A DNA stretch of 64,000 bases, from contig CAWCPV010000007.1 in assembly GCA_963797555.1 (NCBI GenBank), positions 480,001 through 544,000 of the forward strand, written 5' to 3'. The translations under genes and the position numbers were made by a program. The notes beneath the pieces were generated by a model. That model searched no databases and was not told the DNA's origin. It was given only the letters and a program-made list of their open reading frames with translations. The DNA is from an uncultured Gammaproteobacteria bacterium. GTDB lineage: Bacteria > Pseudomonadota > Gammaproteobacteria > CAWCPV01. The first letter of the stretch is position 1. Every line of letters starts with the position of its first letter. This document shows, piece by piece, positions 20,489-35,324 of this stretch.

Positions 20489-21064
20489 TCAGCCGCCCAC
20501 ATGGACGGAGCGGTAATTGCCGTCTCGGGATAGAAGCCGAGGAACTTCAACCGCGTCTTGCCGGCTCCGGATGCCCGGATAAAGAAAGACGGTCGGCACG
20601 TGGAACTTGCCCTGAAGCTGCCCCTCGATGGAACCGATCCGCAGGTAAGGGTGGAGCGCCTCCAGGTCGGTGACCAGCAGCAAAGCGTTACTGGCCCCTT
20701 CGAGGGAGGTCAGAGAAGCTTCCAGGCGGCGCTGCAGCGCGCCGTTGCTGTCAGCGCATTCGCCAGGGACTGGTTGGTCTTGGTCCAATTCTGCGGCTCC
20801 CGGCGGTCGGCGGTGAGCCACAGCGCACGGCGCGGATCGTTTTGCAGGACGGCCTCGATGTGCTTCGGCTATCGAGAACGTGGTCACCTCCCAGCCCTCG
20901 TTGCGCAGCCGTGCAATCCAGGCCGGCGTCTGGCGCTTGACCTCGAGGATCTGCGAGGGGTGGAACACCAGGTAGTAGATAGGCTCGAAGCTGGCGTGGC
21001 CGAGTTCCCGGCCATGGCGGATGCGCTCCCGCAGCTCGTCGAAGTCAGCCTTGAGCGAGGACAT
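20489..21064 (-). CDS. brxB: BREX BrxB (DUF1788)
   Basis: PIYYLVFHP, DLEALHPYLR, PTVFLYPG, DGNYRS; position between brxA and brxC. Confidence 0.8.
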   Translation of the reverse strand: MSSLKADFDELRERIRHGRELGHASFEPIYYLVFHPSQILEVKRQTPAWIARLRNEGWEVTTFSIAEAHRGRPAKRSAPCAVAHRRPPGAAELDQDQPVPGECADSNGALQRRLEASLTSLEGASNALLLVTDLEALHPYLRIGSIEGQLQGKFHVPTVFLYPGIRSRQDAVEVPRLLSRDGNYRSVHVGG

Positions 21065-21837
21065 CGCAGAGCGCCTTCATGTCTCGATGTTTCCAGCTTA
21101 TTCGGACCACGTCGCCCGCCGCCTGGACGATGAACAGTCCCGTCAGCGACAGGCGTTTCAGCTCATCCAGCGCATCGTCGCGGCCGAGCCCCGAACAGTC
21201 CCCAATCTTGGTGACTCATTACCGAGTTGTCGCCCAGGCCCGAGAAGTGCAGGTCGTGCGCCAGGTAGGCCGCGACCCTGGGCGACATACGGAAGGCGGC
21301 GATACGCCGGGCCGTCTTTTGCCCGTTTTCGAGCAGGCCGTAATCGGCGCAGCAGCCGGTCAGATAACCGGCCACATTCTGGATCGTCCTGTCGGACCAG
21401 CGTGTTGCAGTCTTGCCGTCGTCGACGGCGCGCTCCACGAACGCTCGCGCATGGTCGTTCGATATCTCGCCGGCGCCTGCCGCGTACCGCTCCCAGTAGA
21501 CCTGCCGGATGAAGTCCCCGAGGATCGGATTCGCCCGGCTGGTGAAAAGCATGAAGAGCTGATTGATCTCCGGCGGCGCAAGGCGAACCACCAGGCGCTT
21601 CAGGTGTCCGGCGGGTGCACCGTCTCTGACAAGGTAGCGGGGAGCGAAGCATTCAGTGACGATGTTCCGCAGCCTTCGGTCGGCAATGTTCGGGAATCGA
21701 CCGGACTCAAGCGCCGCTTGATGGATCTGCGGTGCTCTCATTCCGGGCTCCCATAGCTCCAACAGTGCCTTGGTTTCATCGACGAGTCCGAGGCCGGCCC
21801 CAAGCCTGATAGTATATGGCGCCCTCTTGGTTACCAT
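21045..21837 (-). CDS. brxA: BREX BrxA (DUF1819-like), frameshift near 21175
   Basis: LGAGLGLVDET, RRLRNIVTECFAPRY, LTGCCADYGLL; position upstream of brxB. Confidence 0.78.
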
Positions 21838-22340
21838 CAGGCGACGAAGTAGGGGTACGTCCTCGTGCCCGCCTCGAAGGCTGCCAAATAGCTGCCGGCG
21901 ATGGCCTCCTGACTGCGCTCAGCACCGAGGTCGTCCGCCCCGCCAATCGAGATCGGACCCTCCGCTTTCGGCCTGTTGCCGCCCGACATCGTGGCCAACA
22001 CTGCCAGTGCTGTGTCTTTGCTTTGCAAGCTCGAGAGCAGATTGTCGTCCCCCAAGGACTCCAGCAGCAGGTTGTGCAGATCCTGCTCGGTTTCTTCGGG
22101 CAGTCGGAACAAGTGGAAGACATTGCCGATGCCGATGTGTTCATCGTGCAGGCGCCTGGCCGCTTCGACAATCCCATGATACCGCGCCAGGCGAACCGTC
22201 TTGGGAAAGACGGGCTCCGAGAACAGTTTGCTCGCCGGGGTGAAAAAGGAGGTGGACCACCACCCGAACTGGGCCCGCTCGCCCAGGTACCCCACAATCA
22301 GCCTGAGCCGCACGTATATCGATAGACGTGGTTCCGCCAT
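21837..22340 (-). CDS. brxE: BrxE-family protein
   Basis: LRLIVGYLGE..QFGWW.TSFF, HDEHIG.G.VFHLFRLPEETE and terminal YPYF; AAGGGAG ribosome-binding site. Confidence 0.78.
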   Translation of the reverse strand: MAEPRLSIYVRLRLIVGYLGERAQFGWWSTSFFTPASKLFSEPVFPKTVRLARYHGIVEAARRLHDEHIGIGNVFHLFRLPEETEQDLHNLLLESLGDDNLLSSLQSKDTALAVLATMSGGNRPKAEGPISIGGADDLGAERSQEAIAGSYLAAFEAGTRTYPYFVA

Positions 22341-23099
22341 CGTCAGCAACTCCCTTACTTGTGCGGGACCCAGCGGCCCGCTCGGCCACTGCGCCTGCCC
22401 GAGCGCTGCTTCGGTATGGCGCCGCTTCTGCTTGCACTAACCCCGCAAAGTGCGCTTGCTCGCGTCCGCCGGTGAGCCTGGCATCACCCCAAAACGAGAC
22501 ATCGGCTCCGACGCCTGCGCACTTGCTCGCTGCGCCGTTCCCCGCAAGCATAAGACGCGGCTGGAAGTGCCACGGCGGAGGCGTCGCCGGCTTCCGGAAA
22601 CCCTCCGCGGCGCGGAGCAGGCCGCCCAAGGCCCCGTGCATTCACGAATTGTGGAGAAAGTATCGACGCACCTCAACTATAAATGTGGCATATCTCCGCT
22701 TGAGGGTCCGCGCGACGACTTGGAGATCAACCGCACCTGCCCACTTCCTCATCGTCTTCTTCTAACGTGCGCTCCTCGATCGCGCCGGATCGGGGCGAGG
22801 GTGACCCCGGCAACCGTGTGCATCGCAGCATCGACCGGTTGGCCGGGCCAAGCCGAAGTGCCGAGAGGCGCATGCGGCCACGGTCCCGGGGTCGATACTC
22901 GGATTTTTTGGGAGTCATTGTCTTGTTTCGAATCTTGTTGATTCGATCTGGCTTGGAGTGTCTCGCGGGGTTCGCACTGGCGCGCCGAGGGCGCCAAATT
23001 CCGGAGACAGCGGGGAGCGGCGAACTATCCTGTTCAACCGCTGCCGAGCCATCCTTAGGTCCTTTTGCTCATCGTCCCGGCCTTACTGGGGCAGTGGTA

Positions 23100-23326
23100 C
23101 CACCTGACTCGGTGCTCCTGTATTGTATGCCTTCCAGTTGCATATATCCCATCCCTTGGTGGAAGGCTCAAACTGGGAGCCGGATGGTGTAACCCTCCAA
23201 GTCCGGTTCTGCGAGGAGCCGGGGACGAATCGATGCATGGCCGAGATCACGTGGCACCGCGGGGAAACCAGGCGGCAAACAGAGAACACAAACTTCTACC
23301 GTCGGCAAGGACCCGGCTTACTCTCC
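23100..23326 (+). ncRNA. group II intron 3' fragment (domains V-VI)
   Basis: Domain V GAGCCGGATG..GTAA..AAGTCCGGTTC (23177-23209); domain VI GAGGAGCCGGG...CCCGGCTT-A-CTC with bulged A at 23320; upstream HISHP maturase-tail-like relic. Confidence 0.72.
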
Positions 23327-23339
23327 GGGCACTTTTTTG

Positions 23340-23440
23340 ACGAAAACGCTATGCCGAGTTCATGCGCGCAGCGATCCCCGAGGAGGAGCAGACGCTGATA
23401 CGCGAAGCGCTGCAGCTTGGACGATTACGGGCAGCGCCCG
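23340..23440 (+). pseudogene. fragment resembling the C-terminus of a REP-associated/IS200-like Y1 transposase
   Basis: RYAEFMRAAIPEEEQTLIREALQ.G resembles the tail of such transposases; recalled similarity only. Confidence 0.4.
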
Positions 23441-23751
23441 GCCCGGAATCCACTCGGCATGCAGGGGCAGGGCCGGGCGACCTGTCCCTTGCCGCCGGCG
23501 TCCCCATCCGCCTCGTCGGCTGCGAGGCGGGGACCGGGCTGAGCGCCGCCGGGAACAGCGGTCATGGCGCTCTGTACCGGCCCTCAGCGGGAACCTGTTC
23601 GTGACGGTTTTGTGATCGGGCTTGACTTGCCGCGCCTGCTACATCACTCTGCGCCTGTGCGCCGCCGGGCGCAGCTTACCGACGCGGTTCGTATCCCTTC
23701 GCTGCTGTGTCACGTTACAAAACAACCCACCAAACCGAGGAGGCAGCACGC

Positions 23752-25392
<1,641 letters not shown>

Positions 25393-25411
25393 CCGGAGTG
25401 ACCGTCACGGC

Positions 25412-25433
25412 GGGCGGCTCGCAAGGGCCGCCC
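25412..25433 (+). terminator. GC hairpin after sulfatase 1
   Basis: GGGCGGC-TCGCAAGG-GCCGCCC; near-copy of the hairpin at 27447-27473. Confidence 0.5.
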
Positions 25434-25436
25434 GTC

Positions 25437-25567
25437 TCCGGCCCAGGGGTTGCCCGACACCTGGCCCGGCACCTTCACCCAGGCGCTGTACGACGGGCGA
25501 AGCAGCACGGGTAGGTCGTCATCAGCGTGAAACAGGACTGGAGGAGGATCTCGCGTTCGAGCAATGA
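25437..25567 (+). pseudogene. relic 3' end of a HAD-family hydrolase
   Basis: Decayed copy of about 27775-27907 (PAQGLPDT..GTFTQALYD...VISVKQDWRRI). Confidence 0.75.
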
Positions 25568-25686
25568 GCGCTGCGGAGCGGTGGGCATAGGTGCCCAAGC
25601 TCGGCGGCGCTTTTCCGTCCATCCCGTACCTGCCCGACGGTACGCGGGATGATCCAGTCAACCACGAGGCAACAAAGGAGGCTGTA

Positions 25687-27416
25687 ATGGTTTACCCACG
25701 AAGAGTTTTGCTGAGTCTGTTCGCGTTGTGCAGCGCCCTGGCGTTCAGCACCGGGTCTGTCTCTGCGGCCGAGGAGACGAAACCCAACATCCTGTTCATC
25801 ATGGGCGACGACATCGGCATCATGCAGCCGTCTATCTATCACCGCGGCCTGATGGTCGGGGAGACACCCAACATCGACCGCATCGGGAAAGAGGGCGGGA
25901 TGTTCATGGACTATTACGCCATGCAGAGCTGCACCTCGGGGCGCAACGCCTTCTTCACCGGCATGTATCCGCTGCGCACCGGCATGGTCGAGCCGCAGCT
26001 CCCCGGCAGCCCTTCCTACCTGCGACCCGGCACGCCGGCGCTCGCCAAGGTCCTGCTCGATCTCGGCTACAACACCGGCGAGTTCGGCAAGAATCACCTG
26101 GGCGATCACACCGCCGCGCTGCCGACGGCGCACGGCTTCCAGGAATTCTGGGGCTATCTGTACCACCTGGATGCGATGCAGCAGGTGAGTTTCCCGGATC
26201 ATCAATTCGAGCCCGACCGAGCAGGCCATCGTGCCGCCGTGCAAGAACACGCCGGTCCCCGGCCTCCAGAGATCCCCGGGGTCCGTTGACCCCATGACGA
26301 CGACCTGCCTGACGCCGCCGCGCCCGATCATCTCGTGCACGTCCTCCGACGGCACGGAGAAGAATCAGACCTGCAAGGACGAGGGCCCGCTGACGCTGGA
26401 CCGTTCGAGGACGGTGGACGAGGAGATCTCGGCAAAGGTCATCGACTTCCTCGACCGCAACGATCCCAAGAAGACCGGCAAGCCCTTCTTCGTCTGGTAC
26501 AACCCCGCGCGCATGCACGTGACGACCATGCTGTCGCCCAAGTATGAAGCCATGCTGGGCGTGCGGGGCGGCAAGGACTGGGGCGTCAACGAGGCCGGCA
26601 TGAAGCAGATGGACGACAACATCGGCTACGTGCTGAAGAAGCTGGAGGACATGGGCGAGTTGGACAACACCATCGTCGTCTTCACCACCGACAACGGCGC
26701 CGAGGCGATCAGCTTTCCCGGACGGTGGCGTCACGCCGTTCAAGGGGCAGAAGGGCATGGCCTGGGAAGGCGGCTACCGGGTCCCGGCGGTCATTCGCTG
26801 GCCGGGTCAGATCAAGGCCGGCACGGTGTACACGGAGATGTTCGCCTCCTTCGACTGGATGCCCACGCTGGTGGAGATCGCCGGCGGTCCCAAGGGCGAC
26901 GGGCTGAAGAAGGAGATCGAGGCCGGCCAGTATCCCGGCTTCGTCAAGACCACCCTGGACGGGATCAACCAGATCGACTACTTGACGGGCAAGTCCCAGA
27001 AATCGGCGCGCGACGAATTCTTCTACTACTCGGGCGCAACTCTGTCGGCGCTTCGCTACAAGAACTGGAAGTTCTACTGGACGATGCCGAGTCCGTCGGC
27101 GCAGGGATGGCTGCTCCCCAAGACCACGTACAACTTCACGCTGGTCGACAACATCAAGCGCGATCCCTTCGAGCAGGCCGTCGGCCCGCTCCAGGATACG
27201 GCCATGAGCATCGGCGGCGCACTGGCGGCCCCGATGACCGCCTTCATTTACGACTGGAACCTCCTGCCCCTCGGCCAGCGGCTGGCGCTGCAGTTCCTCG
27301 AGACCTACGCGAAGTTTCCGCCGTTGCAGGCGCCGTCTTCTTACAACCTGGCGCAGGTAATGGAGGAAATCGAGGCGCAGAAGCGCGCTCTCCATACCGG
27401 GCACCCGAGCGACTAG
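25687..27416 (+). CDS. arylsulfatase 2 (frameshifted)
   Basis: KPNILFIMGDDIG, SCTSGR, GKNHLGD, WEGGYRVP; contains a Cys-rich insertion. Confidence 0.88.
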
Positions 27417-27446
27417 CCTGACAGGAAGGGCATGAGGTGACAAAGC

Positions 27447-27473
27447 GGGCGGCCCGAAAGGGTCGCCCGTTTT
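27447..27473 (+). terminator. rho-independent terminator
   Basis: GGGCGGCCC-GAAA-GGGTCGCCC followed by GTTTT. Confidence 0.65.
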
Positions 27474-27496
27474 ACGTGATCAAGGAGAAACCACCC

Positions 27497-27907
27497 ATGA
27501 GACACATTCCCTCGTTATCGCAATTCGCGCGCTTCTTTGCGCTGGGCGCCCTGCTCGCCCTGCGCGCGCGCGCCCATGCCCAGACCGATCCGCTGCCGTC
27601 GTGGAACGACGGCGCCGCCAGGCAGGCAATTGTCACCTTCGTGGAGGAAACCACCGACCCGGCGAGTCCCAAGTTCGTGCCGCCGGCCGAGCGCATCGCC
27701 ACCTTCGATCAGGACGGCGCGCGGCTCGCCATGCTGGTGTTGCACGACGGCGCGCAGCGCGAGTATGCGTATGGTCCGGCCCAGGGGCTGCCCGATACGA
27801 AGGTCGGCACGTTCACCCGGGCGCTGTACGACGAGGCGAAGAAGGACGGCTGGTTCGTCATCAGCATGAAGAACGACTGGAAGCGAATCTTCGCCTTCGC
27901 GCCGTGA
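27497..27907 (+). pseudogene. HAD-family hydrolase with in-frame internal deletion
   Basis: DPLPSWNDG...ERIATFDQDG joined directly to the C-terminal LVLHD...REYAY...SMKNDWKRIF. Confidence 0.8.
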
Positions 27908-28036
27908 TGTGAACTCCTAATGAATACCGGGCATTCGGCATTCGGGACAGTGCTATTATCAGACCCCCATGCCGCAACAAGTAGATCCCGCGGCGCCCGC
28001 CGGAAGTGTAAAAGACACGTTAACTGGAGATAAACA

Positions 28037-29670
<1,634 letters not shown>

Positions 29671-29714
29671 CGCGAGTCGATCCCGAGATCCGTTTCACTT
29701 CAAGGAGACAGACG

Positions 29715-31760
29715 ATGCGCAAACGCTCGATATCGTCGGCACTCGCCGTTTTCGGCCTCTTGTCGACGGTTTCTGCTTTCGCGGCCACCCTGAACGGCCA
29801 AGTGCTCGGCGCAGGCGCGCCGATCGCCAATTCGACGGTGACGCTTTGGGCCGCAAGTGCGGATGCACCGAAACAACTGGCAGAGGCGCAAACCGGCGCC
29901 GATGGCCGCTTCGCGCTGACGGTTCCCGACACGCGAAGCGCGGACGCGAGTCTGTACCTGGTCGCCAAGGGCGGCCAACCCGCGGCTAACAAGGCAAGCG
30001 GGGACAACCACGCCATTGCGCTGATGGCGGTCGTGGGCATCAAGCCCCCGGCCAGGGTCGTCATCAACGAGTTCACGACCGTGGCTTCGGTGTGGACCCA
30101 CGCGCAGTTTCTCGATGGCAGCGCAATCAGCGGTCACGCGCTCGGCCTGCAAGATCGCCGCGGGCAACGTGCCCAACTTCGTTGATCTCGCAACCGGCGG
30201 GTGGGGTGGGGCCATCCAGGGTCCGCTCAACAGCAGCCAGACGCCCACGATGGCGAACTTCGCCACGCTGGCCGACGTGCTGGCCGGATGCGTTACGCGC
30301 GTGACGGCGGATGCGTGCGGCAAGCTCTTTGCCGCGTCTACGTCGCCCAAGGGCAGCGTCCCGACCGACACGCTGACGGCGGCGCAGTCGATCGCACGCA
30401 ACTCGTGGTACCAGCCCGAGCGAATTTTCGCGCTGCTGGACGCAGTTCTATCCGGTTCCGCAGGGCAAGAATCTGCGCGCGGTTCCCTTCATGCCGTACC
30501 TTGAGTTTCTCGCCCAGCGCGTGGGTGCTACCGCTCAAGTTCGACGGCGGGGGGTATCGCGCGGGCGGCAAGGCGATGTTCGACAGCGAGGGCAACCTCT
30601 GGGTCGGCGACAACTTCACCGTCGGTTGGCAGGGGCGAGCGACGCGCTGTGGCAGGGCCATGCCACCAAGTTCGCGCCGAACGGCAAGCCGCTGTCGCCC
30701 AGCACCACCGGGTTTTCCGGCGGCGGAATGGAAGGCGGCACGTTCGGCGCGGCCGTCGACGCCAAGGACAACGCCTGGTTCACCAGCTACGGCAGCAAGT
30801 CCATCACGGAATTCGACAAGAACGGCAAGCCCCTGACGCCCCCTGAAGGCATCAACTTCGGAGGCCGGCTCGGACTGATGCAGGGAATCATCGTCACGCC
30901 GAGCGGCGATGTCTGGGCCCTGGGCATTGAGAAGAGGCAACTCGTCTACTTCCCCAAGGGAGATCTGACCAAGGGCCGGATCGTTTGCGAGGGCGACAGC
31001 GCGGAGCCGTGCAAGTCGTTCCTGGGGCCATTTCACCTCGCCATCGACCAGCAGGACCGGATCTGGGTGTCCGACAGCAGCGACAAGGTCACCCGCTTCC
31101 CCGCCGCCGATCCGAGCAAGGTGGAGAACTTCAAGACCGGACTCCAGAACAGCGGTCTGAACATCGACAGCCAGGGCAACGTCTGGGTCACCAATCGGTT
31201 CGGTACGGGCCTGCTGGGCATGGCCCATCTGGTCGACTTTGCGGTACGCATGAAGGCCGAGGGTCTTACGTCCGCCGCTGACTACCTGACGAAGACCATG
31301 TCCGAGCAGAAGGGAGGCGCCGGCAGTGTCACGCTGCTGCGGCCGGACGGCACTCCATTTCCGGGCTCGCCGTTCAAGGGCGGCGGTCTTCCGGGACCGT
31401 GGGCGGTGGCGGTGGATGGCAACGACAACGTCTGGATCTCCAACTTCGCCATGCCCGCTAGTCCAATCGTGCAGTTGTGCGGCGCCCGCACCGAGAACTG
31501 CCCGCCCGGCTTCAAGACCGGCGACCAGATCTCGCCGCCCGGCGGCTACGTCGGCGGTGGCCTGCAGATGCAGACGGATTTGGCCATCGATCCGGCCGGC
31601 AACGTCTGGGTGATGAACAACTGGCAGGACGTCGACAGCTTGCTATGGGAAGCCTCCCGAAGCGCTCTCGACCCGCTGCGGCGGTCAGGGCGTCGTGATT
31701 TTCTATGGAATGGCCAAGCCCGTTCGCGCACCGCAGATCGGGCCGGCGCGGCCGTATTAG
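29715..31760 (+). CDS. secreted NHL/beta-propeller repeat protein (frameshifted)
   Basis: Signal peptide; repeated (A/I)D..GN(V/L)W(V/I).N motifs. Confidence 0.75.
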
Positions 31761-31779
31761 GAAGCCGGTCGGTCACTTG

Positions 31780-31818
31780 GTAGGTCGGGTTAGCCCGATA
31801 GGGCGTGACCCGACCTAC
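31780..31818. repeat. GTAG-type REP palindrome
   Basis: GTAGGTCGGGT-TAGCCCGATAGGGCGTG-ACCCGACCTAC. Confidence 0.75.
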
Positions 31819-31919
31819 CCGACGCTCCAAATTGGTGCGGCCCCACCACCCGCGCATTCGGCACATGCTGATTCGGACAGGATTCGGCATCCAAGGCACC
31901 GACAGGAGAGATACCACCC

Positions 31920-32741
31920 ATGACCGAAACGAACGAAGCTAGATCGCTGGCTGGCGCGGTACTGATGACCACGCTGCTTGCGGCCACGCCGGCAGTGGCG
32001 GAGATGAGTGCCGAGGAACTCGCGAAGCTCGCGCAGAACCCGGTCGGCAACCTGATCAGCGTGCCGTTCCAGAACAATACCAACCTCAACTTCGGGCCGG
32101 AGAAGGGGACGCAGAACATCCTCAACATCCAGCCGGTGATTCCGATTTCGGTGAACAGCGAATGGAACATCATCACCCGCACCATTCTGCCGGTGATCTC
32201 GATGCCGCCGCTCTACCCGGGCGATGACCGGACGAATGGCATCGGCGACACGGTCTTCACCGCGTTTCTGTCGCCGGCGAAGCCCGGGCACTGGATTTGG
32301 GGCGCGGGGCCGGTCATCCAGCTTCCGACGAACAGCAACTCGGAGCTCGGCAACAAGAACTGGGGCCTGGGTCCGTCGTTCGTGGTGTTGCACCTCGAAC
32401 ACGGCGATCCCTGGGTCTACGGAGTGTTGGTCAACAATATCTGGTCGCTCACCAGCGACCAGCAGGGCGGGTCGTACAACAACGGCCTGATCCAGCCGTT
32501 CGTCAATTACAACTTCGAGGGCGGCCTTTATCTCACCAGCGCGCCGATCGCGACCGTCGACTGGAAGGCGGACAGCGGCCAGCGATGGACAGTGCCGCTG
32601 GGCGGTGGCGTCGGCAAGATATTCCACCTCGGAAAGCTGCCGGTGAACACGCAATTGTCCGCATACTACAACGTGGTGACGCCCGATCTAGGAGCGAACT
32701 GGCAGATTCGCGCGCAGGTGCAGCTCATGTTCCCGAAGTAG
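31920..32741 (+). CDS. putative outer-membrane beta-barrel protein ('neuromedin U' annotation family)
   Basis: ELAKLAQNPVGNLISVPFQNN, LNIQPVIP and terminal QLMFPK. Confidence 0.8.
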   Translation: MTETNEARSLAGAVLMTTLLAATPAVAEMSAEELAKLAQNPVGNLISVPFQNNTNLNFGPEKGTQNILNIQPVIPISVNSEWNIITRTILPVISMPPLYPGDDRTNGIGDTVFTAFLSPAKPGHWIWGAGPVIQLPTNSNSELGNKNWGLGPSFVVLHLEHGDPWVYGVLVNNIWSLTSDQQGGSYNNGLIQPFVNYNFEGGLYLTSAPIATVDWKADSGQRWTVPLGGGVGKIFHLGKLPVNTQLSAYYNVVTPDLGANWQIRAQVQLMFPK

Positions 32742-32769
32742 CGCGCCCACGAGGCGAACACAACGGATC

Positions 32770-34434
32770 CCTGGATCCGTGACTTCGAGTTCTGGGCATC
32801 CGGGGCACGGGATAATGGGAGGTATTCTCAGTTGAGTTGGTTAGTGTTTAGCCAACTGGCGACATCGGCTGTGCACAGCAGGCGTGGAACCTGGTCGGCG
32901 CAGGAGTGATGGCGGGGCTTTGACCTTTTGGCGCTGAATTTCAGGCATAGGTTTACACCGGGGCCTGGTGAGGCCCGGGTCGAGTTTCTAGGGATGTCGT
33001 CCTAGCTACCCGAAGGCGAGTTGGTAATACACCTGCTCGAAGGCGCGAAAGCCGGGACAGAGCCGGCTGAAGCGCAGCTTCAGTCTGCGGGCGGTGGCGA
33101 CCAACCGGGCGGCGAGGTACATCAGTTCCTGGAGGACGGTCTTGATCCGCCGGCGCTTGGCCGGATGGCGCAGGGGAGCCGACTCGCCGGTCAGCCCGAT
33201 GAGTCCGATGAAGCGCAGGATGTTGTAGGCGAACACGGCAAAGGCGAGCACCAGGTCATTGGTGTCGAATTTCCCGGAGGGCAGCCGTTCGATATCGAGG
33301 TCGGTCTTGAACTCGCTGTGGAACTGCTCGGAGGTGCCGTGGTCACGGTACAGGGCGACAATCTCCGCGTCCGGATAGGCGAGCGAGGTCCACCAGCCAT
33401 CGATCTCCAGCTCCGGTACCAACAGCGCCTGGCCCTTCTTGTCGATGGTGCGCTCGGTCACCCGCATCACCCGGCGAACGTGGTAGGTGTGCTCCCGATG
33501 GGGGTGCTCCTCGACGACGCTGAACAGCGCCACGCGCTTGCCGGGTCGGGGTGTCTCCCATGCCCCTTGGCGCTCGGCGCGCTCCAGCCAATGGGCAGGG
33601 TCCTCGCCCCGAGGGTTCCACTGGATAATGAAGTCCACCTCCTCTTCGAGGTAGCGCAGCCGGTTCTCCAAGGCGTCGTGGGCGCTGTCCTGGCGCACCA
33701 GCAGCGGCAGTTTGGTCAGGCGCCTGGCCCGCGGCAGGATGCGCTCCCAGACCTAGCCGAATTCCTTCTGACTGTGCTGCTTGCCTTCTCGCAGCTCACA
33801 GCCGACGCACCACCCTTCGGTTCCCACGTAGGTCGCGATCGGCGCATAACCGTCATAGCCGTGGTAGGTGCGCGAGACTCCTTCTTGCTTGGTCCCGGAG
33901 TTGTCCATGGGAAAGACATCGATGTCCACCGGCACATGACCGGTCTTGAGCGCACTGACCGGCGCCTTGGCGTTGACCATGAACTCGATATCGGCCTCGT
34001 CAATGACCTCCCGCAGGACCGCTGCGTGCTCGTCGAGACGCTGCCTCAGCGTTTCTGGCGAGGGTACCCGCTCCAGCCCCAACGCCTGGCGGAAGAAATC
34101 GTCCTCTCGGACGTTGGAGACCGCTTCGAAGTCGCTCTTGCCCAAACACATCAACCCCAGATAGCTCTTGGCTACGTCTTCATGGGAGATGCCGTGGCGT
34201 AGCGGGATGGCCTGCTTCAGCGCCTTGCCCAGGCCGCTGAAGCGGTTGACGCAAAGACCGACCAAGGCCAGACCAGAATGGGAGGTGTAGAATTCTTCGT
34301 CGGACTGCTCCAGGATGAACCGCTTCATCGTTCACCTGCCGGGTGAGTGGGCGTGCGGGCCGATTTTACCCGAACTGCCACGATAAATCAGCAGGTTGCA
34401 GCCACCCGCTAAGACGCGAAGTCACGGAATCAGG
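32770..34434 (-). mobile_element. IS1380-family insertion sequence
   Basis: IRs CCTGGATCCGTGACTTCG / CGAAGTCACGGAATCAGG; GGATC duplicated at 32765-32769 and 34435-34439. Confidence 0.9.
33006..34328 (-). pseudogene. IS1380 transposase interrupted near 33753
   Basis: YTSHSGLALVG, VDIDVFPMDNS, YRDHGTSEQFHSEFKTDLDIERLPSGKF. Confidence 0.88.
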
Positions 34435-34499
34435 GGATCCTGATGCCAGGAAAGATGACATGGCATGCGAAGTTCCTGGCCTTTCTGTGAGCCGCCATC

Positions 34500-34640
34500 C
34501 CGTGGGTTCCGGCGCTTGCATTCGCTGCAGACAGGAAGCCGAACGATCCTGAGATCATCCGGGCGGACAACGTCGGCTGGTTACAACGGCAGCGCATACA
34601 ACCTCGGCGTGATGGGCTACCGGACACCGAGCGCATCGCC
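34500..34640 (+). pseudogene. relic arylsulfatase N-terminus
   Basis: AADRKPN..II.ADNVG...SAYNLGVMGYRTP across frameshifts; similar to sulfatase 3. Confidence 0.7.
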
Positions 34641-35099
34641 GCGGACAAGCCCGCGGCATACCCGACCGAGCATGGCTACCGCTGCTGACCCAACGTTTCG
34701 CGCCACGGATGGTGGACGGAATCCGCGAAGAAGGATTCCGGGGGCGCCGGCCGCTGGAAGTCTCCCATGCGCTGCGACGGGGGTGGATCGCGCTACCGCA
34801 ACACCGGGACGGTCAGGACGAGTGTAGTCCTCTGCTCCACGCTTCGGCCATCCGCACCGATATGAGGGTCTCGAGGAGGCGGAACGCCAGCTTGCTCACC
34901 ATATCCGTGGCGTCGATGGAATACCGCTATCCGTGACGCTTGACTGCGAACATCGACTGCTCGGGGCGCTGCTTCGAGCTACGGATGCGGTCCTCTGTCC
35001 GGCCGCTCTCGTCGGTGGCAGCCGCGGGGCCAACCCCGACTGGATGTGCTCCTCGGGCACTTCCAGAGAGTCCGCTGCGATGCTGAAGAGATCGTAGAC

Positions 35100-35215
35100 C
35101 GTGCCAGATTGATGCTGGATCGGGACGACGCCCAGGAAAGCTGCAGCCTGTTTGGCGGAGTGGAAACGGTGGGTGAAAAACAGGGCGAGAAACCAGGCCG
35201 AGAGCTTGGGGCGGC
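35100..35215 (-). pseudogene. IS110-family transposase fragment
   Basis: RFHSAKQAAAFLGVVPIQHQSGT motif. Confidence 0.75.
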
Positions 35216-35288
35216 AAGGATGCTCCCCTTTGTCGGATAGCCAGACTCGGCCACGGATTTCGGTACCGTTGCCTCCGGGACTATTCGA

Positions 35289-35324
35289 TTGACGGTATAT
35301 ATGGATGTCGGTATATTGACCGTC
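35289..35324 (+). promoter_or_regulatory. sigma70 promoter with probable ArsR operator
   Basis: TTGACG-17 bp-TATATT (35289-35317), overlapped by the inverted repeat GACGGT...ACCGTC. Confidence 0.75.

Noticed and set aside
16400-21200. brxC, the pglX 5' end and brxA as true pseudogenes
   Set aside because: Dense single-base indels with otherwise intact motifs and preserved gene overlaps fit low-coverage long-read error better than decay; read polishing is needed to decide.
22350-23050. BrxR/WYL regulator upstream of BREX
   Set aside because: No recognisable WYL or HTH ORF; only short low-complexity ORFs and a CTTGTT direct repeat of unknown meaning.
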